Of a DNA stretch of 57,336 nucleotides, positions 28,722-38,094 are shown piece by piece; position 1 is the stretch's first letter; each line of letters opens with the position of its first letter. The DNA is from Methanobacteriota archaeon (GTDB lineage Archaea > Thermoplasmatota > Poseidoniia > Poseidoniales > Thalassarchaeaceae): positions 1 to 57,336 of the forward strand of contig NZWD01000040.1 in assembly GCA_002698225.1 (NCBI GenBank), written 5' to 3'. A model generated the notes under the pieces. It was not told the DNA's origin. It did not search any database and saw nothing but the letters and a program-made list of their open reading frames with translations. The position numbers and the translations under genes were made by a program.

Positions 28722-30842
28722 ATGGAACCCGTGATGACGCTAGTTCTGATCCTGTCGCTCGTAGTATGTGCATACATGGCTTGGAACATCGGTGCCAACG
28801 ATGTTGCCAATGCGATGGGAACATCGGTTGGTTCTCGAGCTTTGACATTGAAGCAGGCTGTGATTGTAGCGGCTGTCTTCGAATTCGCTGGAGCATTCTT
28901 CGCAGGTGATGCGGTTACTGATACTGTCAGGAAGGGTATTCTCTCTGTCGACTTCGAGACTGTCACCAATGCCTTCGCTAACGACCTGATGTACGCATTC
29001 ATCGCTGCCATGATGGCTGCTGCAGTTTGGCTAACCATAGCCACCAGGCTGGGGCTTCCTGTCTCAACCACTCACAGCATCATCGGAGGAATAGTCGGAG
29101 CGGGGCTTGTGCTGGAAGTTCAGCATAGCACTTCGCTAATCGACTGGGAAGTCGTTCGCAAGGTCGTCATGTCTTGGGTTGCGAGCCCTCTGATGGGGGG
29201 TCTACTGGCTTTCTTCACATTCTACATTGTTAGAGGATCTATTCTCGAGGCTGAGAATCCAATAGAGAGGTCCAAGTGGCTGGCTCCGATTCTAGCAATC
29301 CCTACATTCTTCGTCCTCGGAATAGCACTCCAGTTCAAGGCGCTGAAAGGCTTCTTCTCCCGGGCTGAGAGTAACGGCTGGATTGAGAGTAAGTATGACT
29401 GGTTACCAGTCAAAGAGAACGGTAGTTGGAATCCAATGGTCGACAACGCCTGGATCCCGATTAACAGCATCATACTAGCTTTGATTATCGCGATTATAGC
29501 CGCTATTATTCTGGCATATGTGCTCAGAAACTACGAGTTCAAGGGAGAGCAGGAAGGTTTTCATGGAGTCGAGCGAATCTTCGTCTGGCTGCAAGTAATC
29601 ACTGCAGCTTATGTCGCCTTCGCGCATGGAGCAAACGACCGTTCGAATGCAATCGGTCCAATGGCAGCCGTATACCAGATTATTTCTAGCGGAGGAGAGT
29701 TGGCAGAGAAGGCAGATGTTCCGACTTGGCTGGTTCTACTTGGAAGCGCTGGTATAGCAATCGGTGTAATGACATGGGGCTACAGGGTCATGGACACTAT
29801 TGGTCACAAGATTACTGACATTACTCCGACTCGGGGTTTCGCTGCTGAGTTCGGAGCCGCGACCACGATTCTGATCTTCTCGATGCCGTTCCTCGCCGTT
29901 CCCGTATCGACTACTCACACTTTGGTAGGTTCAGTAGTCGGAGTCGGATTGGCAGGCGGGGCGAAGAATGTCGATTTCAGAGTGTTCGGTAAAATCGTGG
30001 CATCATGGGTAGCTAGTCTACCTGCAGCAGGATTCGGCTCCATTGTGATATATGTGGCAAGCGGGTCTGATCCACTCAACCTGCTCGTCATCATACCCAT
30101 CGCCTTCCTGATGGTGGGTTATGTGATGTGGGCTACTAGGGACAACGAGGTCTTCGTTGAGGATGCTCTGGCCGATGTGGGCAGCGATACTGAGAAGGGT
30201 GCGCCAACCTACTTCGAGCTCTTCCACACTCACGCCGAGGCAGTGGAGGAGACGGTCAACCACATGTTGGATGCGGTGAACGCGGCAGCAGAGGGTGAGG
30301 ATGCCAGCGCTGCAATCGAGGCGACCAACGAAGCAGAGTTGAGGGCTGACAACATCAAGAACGACCTGAGAAAGAAGGTCGGTGCTGGCAAGTGGAACTT
30401 CCTGACTAGTCCTGATGAGTTCTTCCACATGCTATCTCGTCAGGATCGGATTGCCGACTACGCGCAGAACGTCGCCGAGCAGCTCTCGTTCAGACCTCTG
30501 TATGACAACTCTGAGGCTAGGGTGTTGCTCAAGGAGATGGCAGGAGCTGTCGCCAAGACTGCTGCAATCTACGAGGACACAGTGGCAGAGCTACGCGACC
30601 TGACCATGTCCGGTTACACCAGAGCGGGGCGCGAGAGGCTCGGCGGACTGATCGAGCAGGTCAATCTAGCCGAACACGAAGCCGACCTAGTCGAGAGTCG
30701 TGCAGCTGGATTCGTCTTCACCACTGGTGAGGAGGACGCGTTGGCAGCAGTCCACATGTACAGAGTATTGCAGAGACTAGACGATGTGGCCAACGCCTGC
30801 GAGACAGCAGCCAACGGTTACCTACCACTAGTGCACAACTAA
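28722..30842 (+). CDS. pit: PiT-family inorganic phosphate transporter fused to a DUF47 (PhoU-like) domain
   Basis: GANDVANAMGTSVGS, PVSTTHSIIG, AHGANDRSNAIGP, PVSTTH; C-terminal ELRADNIK..QDRIADYAQ..EHEADLVE..LDDVANACE. Confidence 0.9.
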   Translation: MEPVMTLVLILSLVVCAYMAWNIGANDVANAMGTSVGSRALTLKQAVIVAAVFEFAGAFFAGDAVTDTVRKGILSVDFETVTNAFANDLMYAFIAAMMAAAVWLTIATRLGLPVSTTHSIIGGIVGAGLVLEVQHSTSLIDWEVVRKVVMSWVASPLMGGLLAFFTFYIVRGSILEAENPIERSKWLAPILAIPTFFVLGIALQFKALKGFFSRAESNGWIESKYDWLPVKENGSWNPMVDNAWIPINSIILALIIAIIAAIILAYVLRNYEFKGEQEGFHGVERIFVWLQVITAAYVAFAHGANDRSNAIGPMAAVYQIISSGGELAEKADVPTWLVLLGSAGIAIGVMTWGYRVMDTIGHKITDITPTRGFAAEFGAATTILIFSMPFLAVPVSTTHTLVGSVVGVGLAGGAKNVDFRVFGKIVASWVASLPAAGFGSIVIYVASGSDPLNLLVIIPIAFLMVGYVMWATRDNEVFVEDALADVGSDTEKGAPTYFELFHTHAEAVEETVNHMLDAVNAAAEGEDASAAIEATNEAELRADNIKNDLRKKVGAGKWNFLTSPDEFFHMLSRQDRIADYAQNVAEQLSFRPLYDNSEARVLLKEMAGAVAKTAAIYEDTVAELRDLTMSGYTRAGRERLGGLIEQVNLAEHEADLVESRAAGFVFTTGEEDALAAVHMYRVLQRLDDVANACETAANGYLPLVHN

Positions 30843-31670
30843 TCAGGCCCAACCTGCTTCCTCGGCAATCTCGCCGGGGGAGTGGTGTTCGGGCATGGCT
30901 AGGGCGTAGACGAACAACCTCCATGCCAATGTTGCAACAATTAGCCCAGTGGCTAGGTCGAACAAGTAATGTTGCTTGGTGGTTAGGATGCTGATGCAGA
31001 GTAGTACATACTCAATCCACAAGATTCCTAGGAATATCCTCGCGAGTGGCTTCTCTCCGTGTTCGCGACTCACCCAAAGCGTAATCATCCTAGCTAGAAG
31101 GTAGGAATGGACAATGTGCAGACTTGGCCAAGCATTCCATGGGTTGTCTGAGAAGTGAATGAATCCGTACAATGCCGATTCGAATCCATTGAGTGGTTCG
31201 TCGATCCAGTGCTCATCCAACTGCCAGCGTAGGTCAATCTCTGCAGGGAGGGCTAGGAAAATGACTACGCAGAATAGCGTCACCAATATGAGCCCCTGCA
31301 TTGCCAAAATTAGTTCCATCCTTCCTCTGTCATCTCTGGGACAGAGTACTAGGGTGGCGGGATAAAACAGGTAGAGAGCAGTATACGGTATAATCATCCA
31401 ATTAATCACAGGTATGTCTCTATCGAGTGCTATCTCTGGATCCCAAACAGTGTTGAGATAGTACTCTGCTATATTGTTGGATGCAAAGTAGGGTACAGCG
31501 ACACATATCAGACCCACTAGGAACATCTCAAGAGGGAACCAAGAACCCCCCATTGCCTCCCTGCGTGACCAACTGGATCCCCATGCTTTCCAAGGCATCA
31601 CCAATGCATGAATCCTTGAAGGGTGCGGGCCGAACACGGACTTGGCGTACCAACTAGGCAAATGAATCAA
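30843..31670 (-). CDS. PAP2-superfamily membrane phosphoesterase/phosphotransferase
   Basis: NAWPSLH and SILTTKQHYLFDLATG motifs; several TMs; start uncertain. Confidence 0.78.
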   Translation of the reverse strand: MIHLPSWYAKSVFGPHPSRIHALVMPWKAWGSSWSRREAMGGSWFPLEMFLVGLICVAVPYFASNNIAEYYLNTVWDPEIALDRDIPVINWMIIPYTALYLFYPATLVLCPRDDRGRMELILAMQGLILVTLFCVVIFLALPAEIDLRWQLDEHWIDEPLNGFESALYGFIHFSDNPWNAWPSLHIVHSYLLARMITLWVSREHGEKPLARIFLGILWIEYVLLCISILTTKQHYLFDLATGLIVATLAWRLFVYALAMPEHHSPGEIAEEAGWA

Positions 31671-33136
31671 GCGGAATCATCAGGTAGTGCTTTCGAAGCT
31701 ATTACGGTAACTACTGTTGAACCGAGAATGGCTGAAACGAAAGGCCAGAGATTAGTCAGGCCACCATCGGCTGCTGGAATTGCACCTCCGGTTGGATGTA
31801 GCAGATACATGTAGAAGTCCGAGTCAACTGGGGGTTCGATAAGGCCGTATATTCCAACAGATGCTATACCAGAGATACAACCTAGCAAAGCCCCTCTGGA
31901 TGAAACCCCGCCCCAAAGCGTCAGTAGTACTGGCGCTACTGTAGCCGCTGCCAAAATATCAGCAAAGAGGAAAATTCCAAACACACTCCAAGCATTGAAT
32001 TCAAAGCCGAATATTGTTGGACCAGTAGCTAGGTAAATGGCCAGTGGCAGCATTAGTACAGTAATTATTCTAGAAATTGTGAGGTCATAATTGCCATCGG
32101 ATACATCTCTAGAAATGGAAGCGACTATGGCATTCTGCAATGTATCAGTACTAGAACAAACGAGTGAGATTACCAGTATCACAAATGCTGCAGCGATGAT
32201 TGTGGAACCCTTGTCAATCAAGTGGAAGAAGGCGATAGTTGGGTCTGCAACTCCTCCTTGGCCTGCAGCAACGGTCCCAAAGACTCCCATAACAAAAACC
32301 AGAGGGAATACCATAACTGCTGCTAGAATCGCGCCCCTTTGCAATGCCTCATCGTCCTTTGAAGCATATGCTCTCTGCCAATTTCCCTGAGAAAACATCT
32401 CTGCGGCAGTGATTGCAACAACAAGTGCCAATCCTGATTCGAAAGAGCCCATGTACTCCATGCTACCAAGCAGTGACCAATCATCATCAGTGTTGTAAGC
32501 CATGGCATCGTCCACAATCTGGCCCAAATCAAATCCGAACAAAACGAATAGAAGTGTAACAACTAGCAGCACTATCGTCCAGGCCTGTATTCTGTCAGTT
32601 GCCAAGGAAGCCGGTAGGCCTCCATATGCTGTGTAGGCAGCTGTAACTACGCCAACGAAAATCATGGGGACTAATGGATCCATGCCCGCTAAGTATTCCA
32701 TGGCCTTACCAATTGCAGTGAACTCCGCAAACAAGAAAGTGAACATGTATAGAATAGAGATTATTCCAACATATATCTGCATTTTTCGACCGAGCCTATT
32801 CTTTGCATAATCAGCTAGAGTGATTCCCTCAGGCAGCCTCTCTCTAATCATTGGGCCGACATACGCCAGCAGGATGAATGGTGTAGAGGCGGAAGCCGCA
32901 TACCCCATTACATCCCAGAAGCCGCCATAGTAGGCCACCTCAGATGGCGTAAGCAGAACCCAAACTCCCATCCCAGAGGCAAACAGGCTCAGTCCAATTC
33001 TGACCCAATCCTGTGAGCCCCTGGCCGAGAGGTATTCATCGGTCTCTATTTCTCTAGCAGTAGATGCTTGGTATCCGATGTAACCGAAAATACCGAGCGT
33101 TGCAAGCATCAGTCCGTATGCAATATTCGTGTCCAT
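31667..33136 (-). CDS. Na+/solute symporter (SSS family), probable thiamine or thiamine-precursor transporter
   Basis: About 13 TMs, YLSARG, SLFASGMG, YTAYGGLPASLATDRIQ, QGNWQRAYAS, SSTDT; TPP riboswitch directly upstream. Confidence 0.88.
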   Translation of the reverse strand: MDTNIAYGLMLATLGIFGYIGYQASTAREIETDEYLSARGSQDWVRIGLSLFASGMGVWVLLTPSEVAYYGGFWDVMGYAASASTPFILLAYVGPMIRERLPEGITLADYAKNRLGRKMQIYVGIISILYMFTFLFAEFTAIGKAMEYLAGMDPLVPMIFVGVVTAAYTAYGGLPASLATDRIQAWTIVLLVVTLLFVLFGFDLGQIVDDAMAYNTDDDWSLLGSMEYMGSFESGLALVVAITAAEMFSQGNWQRAYASKDDEALQRGAILAAVMVFPLVFVMGVFGTVAAGQGGVADPTIAFFHLIDKGSTIIAAAFVILVISLVCSSTDTLQNAIVASISRDVSDGNYDLTISRIITVLMLPLAIYLATGPTIFGFEFNAWSVFGIFLFADILAAATVAPVLLTLWGGVSSRGALLGCISGIASVGIYGLIEPPVDSDFYMYLLHPTGGAIPAADGGLTNLWPFVSAILGSTVVTVIASKALPDDSA

Positions 33137-33225
33137 TTCTCTCCCTCCGCTGGCATTACCCAGATCAGGTCACAGGGTCGTCACCTCACGGTGACCTCTC
33201 AGCACTAGGCTCCCCGCTAATTGCT
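33137..33225 (-). ncRNA. TPP riboswitch
   Basis: Minus strand: GCGGGG-A-GC-CTAGT-GC-TGAGAG-GTCACC-GTGA-GGTGAC-GACCC-TGTGA-CCTGAT-CTGG-GTAATG-CCAG-CGGAGG-GAGAGAA-ATG; all core TPP aptamer elements present, P1 pairing weak. Confidence 0.92.
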
Positions 33226-33254
33226 CAAACAGAGTGGGTAATCAAACTTCGGAC

Positions 33255-34874
33255 TCACTCGTCCGCACCCATGAACGGGTAGGTCCAGTCTTGAGGTACA
33301 TCGATTGTCCTCTTGATTGAGCGTGGACTGATCCATCTGAGCAGATTGAGAGGACCTCCTGCTTTGTCGTTGGTACCCGAAGCCCTTGCCCCTCCGAATG
33401 GCTGCTGAGCGACTACTGCGCCTGTCGGCTTGTCGTTAATGTAGAAATTACCGGCGGTGAATCTCAATGCCTCGAACGCCGTCTGGATATCCTCTTCTTT
33501 GGAGGCAAATATGCTGCCCGTCAGAGCATAAGGTGATGCCTCGTCGCAAATTAGTAAGACATCTTCGAAGTCCCCGTCGTCGTAGACATACACAGTGAGT
33601 ACTGGGCCAAAAATCTCCTCGACCATAGTCTCCGAGGTTGGATTGGTGGTAACAATGATTGTCGGCTCGATGAACCAGCCCTCACTATCGTCAGAGCCAC
33701 CTCCGACAATGATACGGCAGCAGTCGCGAGACTGGGCTCTCTCGATGTACCCGGTAATTTTCTCGAAGGCCCGCTCGTCTATCACAGCGGTCATGAAGTT
33801 CGTGAAGTCTCTAGCATCGCCCATCTTGATTTTGCTAATCTCGGCACACAGGTCATCCGAGATTGCATCCCATACTGATTGCGGGATGTAGGCGCGGCTA
33901 GCAGCTGAGCACTTCTGGCCCTGATACTCGAAAGAACCCCTTAGCAGGGCTACGAGTAGCCCTTGGTGGTCGCAATCGGGGTGAGCCACCACGAAGTCCT
34001 TACCACCCGTTTCGCCCACTATGCGCGGGTACGAACGGAGGTTCGGAAGTGCGAGACCTATCTCTTGCCACAACCCTTGGAATGTGGCAGTTGAGCCTGT
34101 GAAATGCAGACCGGCGAAATCCGGGTTGGCCAGAGCGACCTCGGTAATCTCTGCACCCGAACCGGGTAGGAAGTTGATTACTCCAGGAGGTAGCCCTGCT
34201 TCCATCATCAGTTGCATTAGGACATAGTTGGAGTGATACGAATTACGGCTCGGCTTCCATATGCTGGTGCATCCAACGATTGCAGGTGCGCTCGGTAGAT
34301 TTGCAGCGATACTTGTGAAGTTGAATGGAGTGATGGCTAGAACGAATCCCTCTAGTGGCCTTATCTCAGTTGAGTTCTGCACTCCCTCAGGAGAGACGAG
34401 GGGTTGGAAGTCATCATGGAATCCTCGCGCATAATGGCAGTTGAATCTCCAGAAATCGATTAACTCGCAGGCGGCGTCAATCTCGGCTTGGAAGGCGGTC
34501 TTGGACTGGTTGAGCATGGTAGAGGCATTCACCCGCATTCTCCAGTCTCCTGCAAGTAGGTCGGCGCAGCGCTCAAAGATTGCACAACGACCCTCGAGAC
34601 CTAGGTCAATCCACGCCTGTTGGGCATCTACGGCTGCAGCGCATGCATCTTCCATCTCGTTCCTTCCAGCCAAGTGGACATTGGCCAGAACATGGCCGTG
34701 GTTATGCGGGATGACTTGAGTCACAGTGACTCCGGTGAACACCTCTTCGCCATTGATGATGCAAGGAATCTCGACGACCTCGCTCATCTGACGATTGATC
34801 TCATCCATGAGAGCTAATCTCTCGCTACTTCCAGGTGCATAATCCGATATTGGTTCATTGATTGGCTGGGACAT
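33255..34874 (-). CDS. pruA: Delta-1-pyrroline-5-carboxylate dehydrogenase
   Basis: NEPISDYAPGS, QSKTAFQAEIDAACELIDFWRFN, GETGGKDF, FEYQGQKCSA, QQPFGGARASGTNDKAG. Confidence 0.95.
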   Translation of the reverse strand: MSQPINEPISDYAPGSSERLALMDEINRQMSEVVEIPCIINGEEVFTGVTVTQVIPHNHGHVLANVHLAGRNEMEDACAAAVDAQQAWIDLGLEGRCAIFERCADLLAGDWRMRVNASTMLNQSKTAFQAEIDAACELIDFWRFNCHYARGFHDDFQPLVSPEGVQNSTEIRPLEGFVLAITPFNFTSIAANLPSAPAIVGCTSIWKPSRNSYHSNYVLMQLMMEAGLPPGVINFLPGSGAEITEVALANPDFAGLHFTGSTATFQGLWQEIGLALPNLRSYPRIVGETGGKDFVVAHPDCDHQGLLVALLRGSFEYQGQKCSAASRAYIPQSVWDAISDDLCAEISKIKMGDARDFTNFMTAVIDERAFEKITGYIERAQSRDCCRIIVGGGSDDSEGWFIEPTIIVTTNPTSETMVEEIFGPVLTVYVYDDGDFEDVLLICDEASPYALTGSIFASKEEDIQTAFEALRFTAGNFYINDKPTGAVVAQQPFGGARASGTNDKAGGPLNLLRWISPRSIKRTIDVPQDWTYPFMGADE

Positions 34875-34933
34875 GATGAGTCCCGCTCGGAGATTCCATC
34901 TAACATTGTTCCGATTAAGAATTCAGGAGAATT

Positions 34934-35530
34934 CTATGATTTACTCTCCCACCAATTCCCCTTCTTCTCAGCGGATTCGAGAACTTCAATTTCTACCCAT
35001 GAAGGATCAAGGTCGTTCCACTTTCGGCGGCCCGAAGGGATTGTCGATCCAGTAGTGGAAAACCAACCTCCATTAAACCAGTCCCTAGCGCCGGTATCTT
35101 GTCTGTCATCGATAGACCATCCGGGGTTGCCTCCCTCGTTTGCAGCGTAATAATACAGACGATGATTGCTATCGACCATTCGGTACCAGTCCCTCCCATT
35201 GACAATCTCGGACTGCCGCACATATTCCCCCCGATACTCGGGAAATGGGTGCTCGGTGATTGCTATTCTCTCGGGTCCGATCTTTCCGAGTCTTGGAGCG
35301 AGGGAGGGATCCTTGGACGCCACGAGGGCCCATCTAATCATACCCAGTCCCATGAGATTCAATGACAGACCGGCCAATAAGAAGGGGAGTGAGAATGCGA
35401 TCATGAAGACAGTGAATACTGGATCTTCGAGTCTGAATGTTCCGTCGCTGAACATCATGAATGGGACTAGAGTGAAAGGCAACCCGAAGCAGAAGAAGAA
35501 TAGACCTCCTGTAAATTGAGCGGCTTTCAT
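34934..35530 (-). CDS. Hypothetical protein, 2 N-terminal TMs plus Trp-rich soluble domain
   Basis: Hydrophobic N-terminal half; GEYVRQ..NGRDWY..LYYY..GWSIDDR domain. Confidence 0.65.
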   Translation of the reverse strand: MKAAQFTGGLFFFCFGLPFTLVPFMMFSDGTFRLEDPVFTVFMIAFSLPFLLAGLSLNLMGLGMIRWALVASKDPSLAPRLGKIGPERIAITEHPFPEYRGEYVRQSEIVNGRDWYRMVDSNHRLYYYAANEGGNPGWSIDDRQDTGARDWFNGGWFSTTGSTIPSGRRKWNDLDPSWVEIEVLESAEKKGNWWESKS

Positions 35531-35548
35531 AATATCATCATTCGTTAA

Positions 35549-35836
35549 CTATGTCCACTCGGTTGGCTCATCCTTCTTGGCCTTCTTCCAAGCTCGGTAG
35601 CATGACTTGCAAACAGTGACTCTCCTATCGTTAGTGGAAAGGCCTGACTCGCCCCAGACATCTACGGCCCTGTCGAAAGCAAGTCTCCTGCCTCCAATCT
35701 TTTTGTCTGCCCAGTTTTCGCAGTCAGCGACATCGCACTTCTTCTCGCCAATGTATTCTTCCTGCTTTTTCTCGGTAGGTCCAGAGGCCGCTGCAGCATC
35801 CTGCCTCCTCTTGCGAGCATTCGCCTTGAATCCCAT
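35549..35836 (-). CDS. Small basic protein with probable Zn finger
   Basis: CDVADC...CKSCY; Lys/Arg-rich. Confidence 0.65.
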   Translation of the reverse strand: MGFKANARKRRQDAAAASGPTEKKQEEYIGEKKCDVADCENWADKKIGGRRLAFDRAVDVWGESGLSTNDRRVTVCKSCYRAWKKAKKDEPTEWT

Positions 35837-35859
35837 GAGAGGGGGCCATAGTGGACCGA

Positions 35860-37206
35860 TTAGAAGGTTGCCTCGGCTGCCGGGAAGTCAAAGGGACCCT
35901 CTTTGCGAGCTACTGAGGCTCGGCGATCGGGGCCAACGCCAACGCTGACCACCGGAACACCGGCAAGTGTCTCGATGCGAGAGATGTACTGCTTGATTAT
36001 CTCTGGGAAGGCGGCGAATCCCGTACCTTCTGATCTGGATTCGTCTGCCATCTCAATCCAATCATCGAGAGAAAGAGAAGGGAATCCTGCGTGAGTCTCG
36101 TAAATTGGCTTGCATCGGGCGAGGTCTTCGCTCGTGGTCGGCATGACATGTATCGTCTTGCCATCCATCTCATAGCCCACACATATCTTCAGTTCATCAA
36201 GACCTCCTAGAACATCCAACTTAGTGACAACCAAACCGGTGTAGCCATTTATTCGGTTGCTCTCTCGAAGAGCTACCATATCTAGCCAACCCGTTCTACG
36301 AGGGCGGCCAGTAGTAGTGCCATACTCATTGCCAATATGGGCCATGTGTCTACCGGGCCCCTGCTCGAGAGATAGTTCGGTTGGAAATGGACCATTGCCG
36401 ACTCTAGTGGTATATGCTTTGGTTATCCCGAAGCAGTCTTCGACATGTCCGGGATGAATCCCCGCACCATGGGTTGCGTTGGCCCTACTCGTTATCGATG
36501 AGGTGACAAATGGATAGGTTCCCTGATCTATGTCGAGCATGGCTCCTTGAGCTCCCTCGAGTAGAACATTCTCACCGTTCCTCAATGCGATATCAACCAT
36601 TACTCCTGTGGGTCTGATGGCTGAGCCGAAGCGCCCCAAAATCCACTCCAAGTCGGATTTCAGAGAAGCGGCGTCGATTGTTTCATCGACCCCTACAGTT
36701 GACAATTGCTTAGTCATCCTCTCGGCTTGAGAAACCAGTGCCTGTTGATCCCCGACAAGCCCTGAAATGTCTGCGAATCTAATGCCGACTCTCTCGGTAC
36801 GGTCACGGTAAGTAGGGCCGATACCTCGGCCTGTGGTCCCGACCACCTTGTCTGCTCCATCATACAATCTATGGAAGGGGAGTATGACTGAGGCTCTCTC
36901 ACTGATGAACAGCCTGATGCCTTCGGGCCTCTCCTCCGTCAAATCATGCCAGCTGTCCAGTTCCTGCTCGAGGACCCAAGGGTCGATGACCATGCCATCG
37001 CCTAGCACGAGATTACAATGTTCGTAGGTAACTCCGGAGGGGATTTGATGTAACTTGAGAGTAGTATCTCCGAACACAATTGTGTGTCCTGCATTGTTCC
37101 CTCCTTGGAAGCGAACAGCCCAGTTAGATTGCTCAGCGAGTTGGTCTATGGCCTTGCCCTTACCCTCATCTCCCCACTGAGCTCCAAGCACGACGCTGGC
37201 AGGCAC
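35860..37206 (-). CDS. purA: Adenylosuccinate synthetase
   Basis: GAQWGDEGKGK, RFQGGNNAGHT, GTTGRGIGP, EGAQG, TRVGNGPFPTE, EYGTTTGRPRR, TKLDVL. Confidence 0.97.
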   Translation of the reverse strand: MPASVVLGAQWGDEGKGKAIDQLAEQSNWAVRFQGGNNAGHTIVFGDTTLKLHQIPSGVTYEHCNLVLGDGMVIDPWVLEQELDSWHDLTEERPEGIRLFISERASVILPFHRLYDGADKVVGTTGRGIGPTYRDRTERVGIRFADISGLVGDQQALVSQAERMTKQLSTVGVDETIDAASLKSDLEWILGRFGSAIRPTGVMVDIALRNGENVLLEGAQGAMLDIDQGTYPFVTSSITSRANATHGAGIHPGHVEDCFGITKAYTTRVGNGPFPTELSLEQGPGRHMAHIGNEYGTTTGRPRRTGWLDMVALRESNRINGYTGLVVTKLDVLGGLDELKICVGYEMDGKTIHVMPTTSEDLARCKPIYETHAGFPSLSLDDWIEMADESRSEGTGFAAFPEIIKQYISRIETLAGVPVVSVGVGPDRRASVARKEGPFDFPAAEATF

Positions 37207-37321
37207 CGTAGCCTCGGGCAGTATGGAGAGCGAATCAATGCTTTGGCCGAGTACGATACCGATTTCTAATGATTTTGGGGTGGGAAGCGGTTATGAATGG
37301 CCGGCAGGTCGGCGGGTCTGA

Positions 37322-37477
37322 ATGGCTCAAAGACATCCGGAGGCAGAGGCGCGTCTACTGAAGAAGTGGATATGCATGCGCTGTTCGGCGACACATCGCG
37401 GAAGCAAGCCTAGATCGTGCCGCAAGTGCGGTTACACTGGTATGCGAACTAAGGCCACCGAGCGCAGGACGACCTGA
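37322..37477 (+). CDS. rpl40e: 50S ribosomal protein L40e (51 aa, absent from the ORF track)
   Basis: Hand translation [56 protein letters not shown]...CRKCGY. Confidence 0.92.
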   Translation: MAQRHPEAEARLLKKWICMRCSATHRGSKPRSCRKCGYTGMRTKATERRTT

Positions 37478-37479
37478 GC

Positions 37480-38094
37480 ATGGCAATCGGCTCTGCAGCC
37501 GTCGAAGGATTTGCTCTCAGTATCGGACTGATTCTTGCATTGGGTCCACAGAATGTCTTCGTCATGCGTCAGGGACTGCTTAGGTCGCATGTATTCGCAG
37601 TATGTCTTGCATGCTCAATATTCGATGCTGCACTGATTGCTGCTGGTGTGCTCGGCATGGGCAGCATACTTTCGGGTATCGAGGGGGCTGAAAAATGGAT
37701 AGCTATCGGAGCGTCCGCTTTCCTAGTTGGTTATGGATTACTGAGAATTAGATCAGCGATGAATCCAGTTGGTATGTCGACTGAAGGGGATGGTGAGGCG
37801 GACCTGAAGGCGACGATAGGAGCAGCAGCAGCTTTCACCTTCCTCAATCCACATGTGTATGTAGACACTTTACTACTGATTGGAGGAACATCAAGCAGAT
37901 ATCTTGGGGATGAGCGAGTTGCCTTCGGAATCGGTGCTGCCACCGCCTCATTCGTGTTCTTCTTCTCACTCGGTTACGGGGCTAGGAGTCTCTCAGAGGT
38001 TCTGAACAAACCCACGGCCTGGAGATACATCGACCTCTCAATAGCCTGCATTATGTTCGTAATCGCAGCTGCAATCATGCAGCCCCATCTATGA
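37480..38094 (+). CDS. LysE/ArgO-family amino acid exporter
   Basis: LILALGPQNVFVMRQGL, TFLNPHVYVDT, FFFSLGYGA. Confidence 0.92.
   Translation: MAIGSAAVEGFALSIGLILALGPQNVFVMRQGLLRSHVFAVCLACSIFDAALIAAGVLGMGSILSGIEGAEKWIAIGASAFLVGYGLLRIRSAMNPVGMSTEGDGEADLKATIGAAAAFTFLNPHVYVDTLLLIGGTSSRYLGDERVAFGIGAATASFVFFFSLGYGARSLSEVLNKPTAWRYIDLSIACIMFVIAAAIMQPHL

Noticed and set aside
30170..30842. Higher GC in the DUF47 half of the Pit fusion as a sign of chimerism
   Set aside because: Can be explained by amino acid composition (Ala/Glu/Arg-rich versus Ile/Phe-rich); no junction signature seen.
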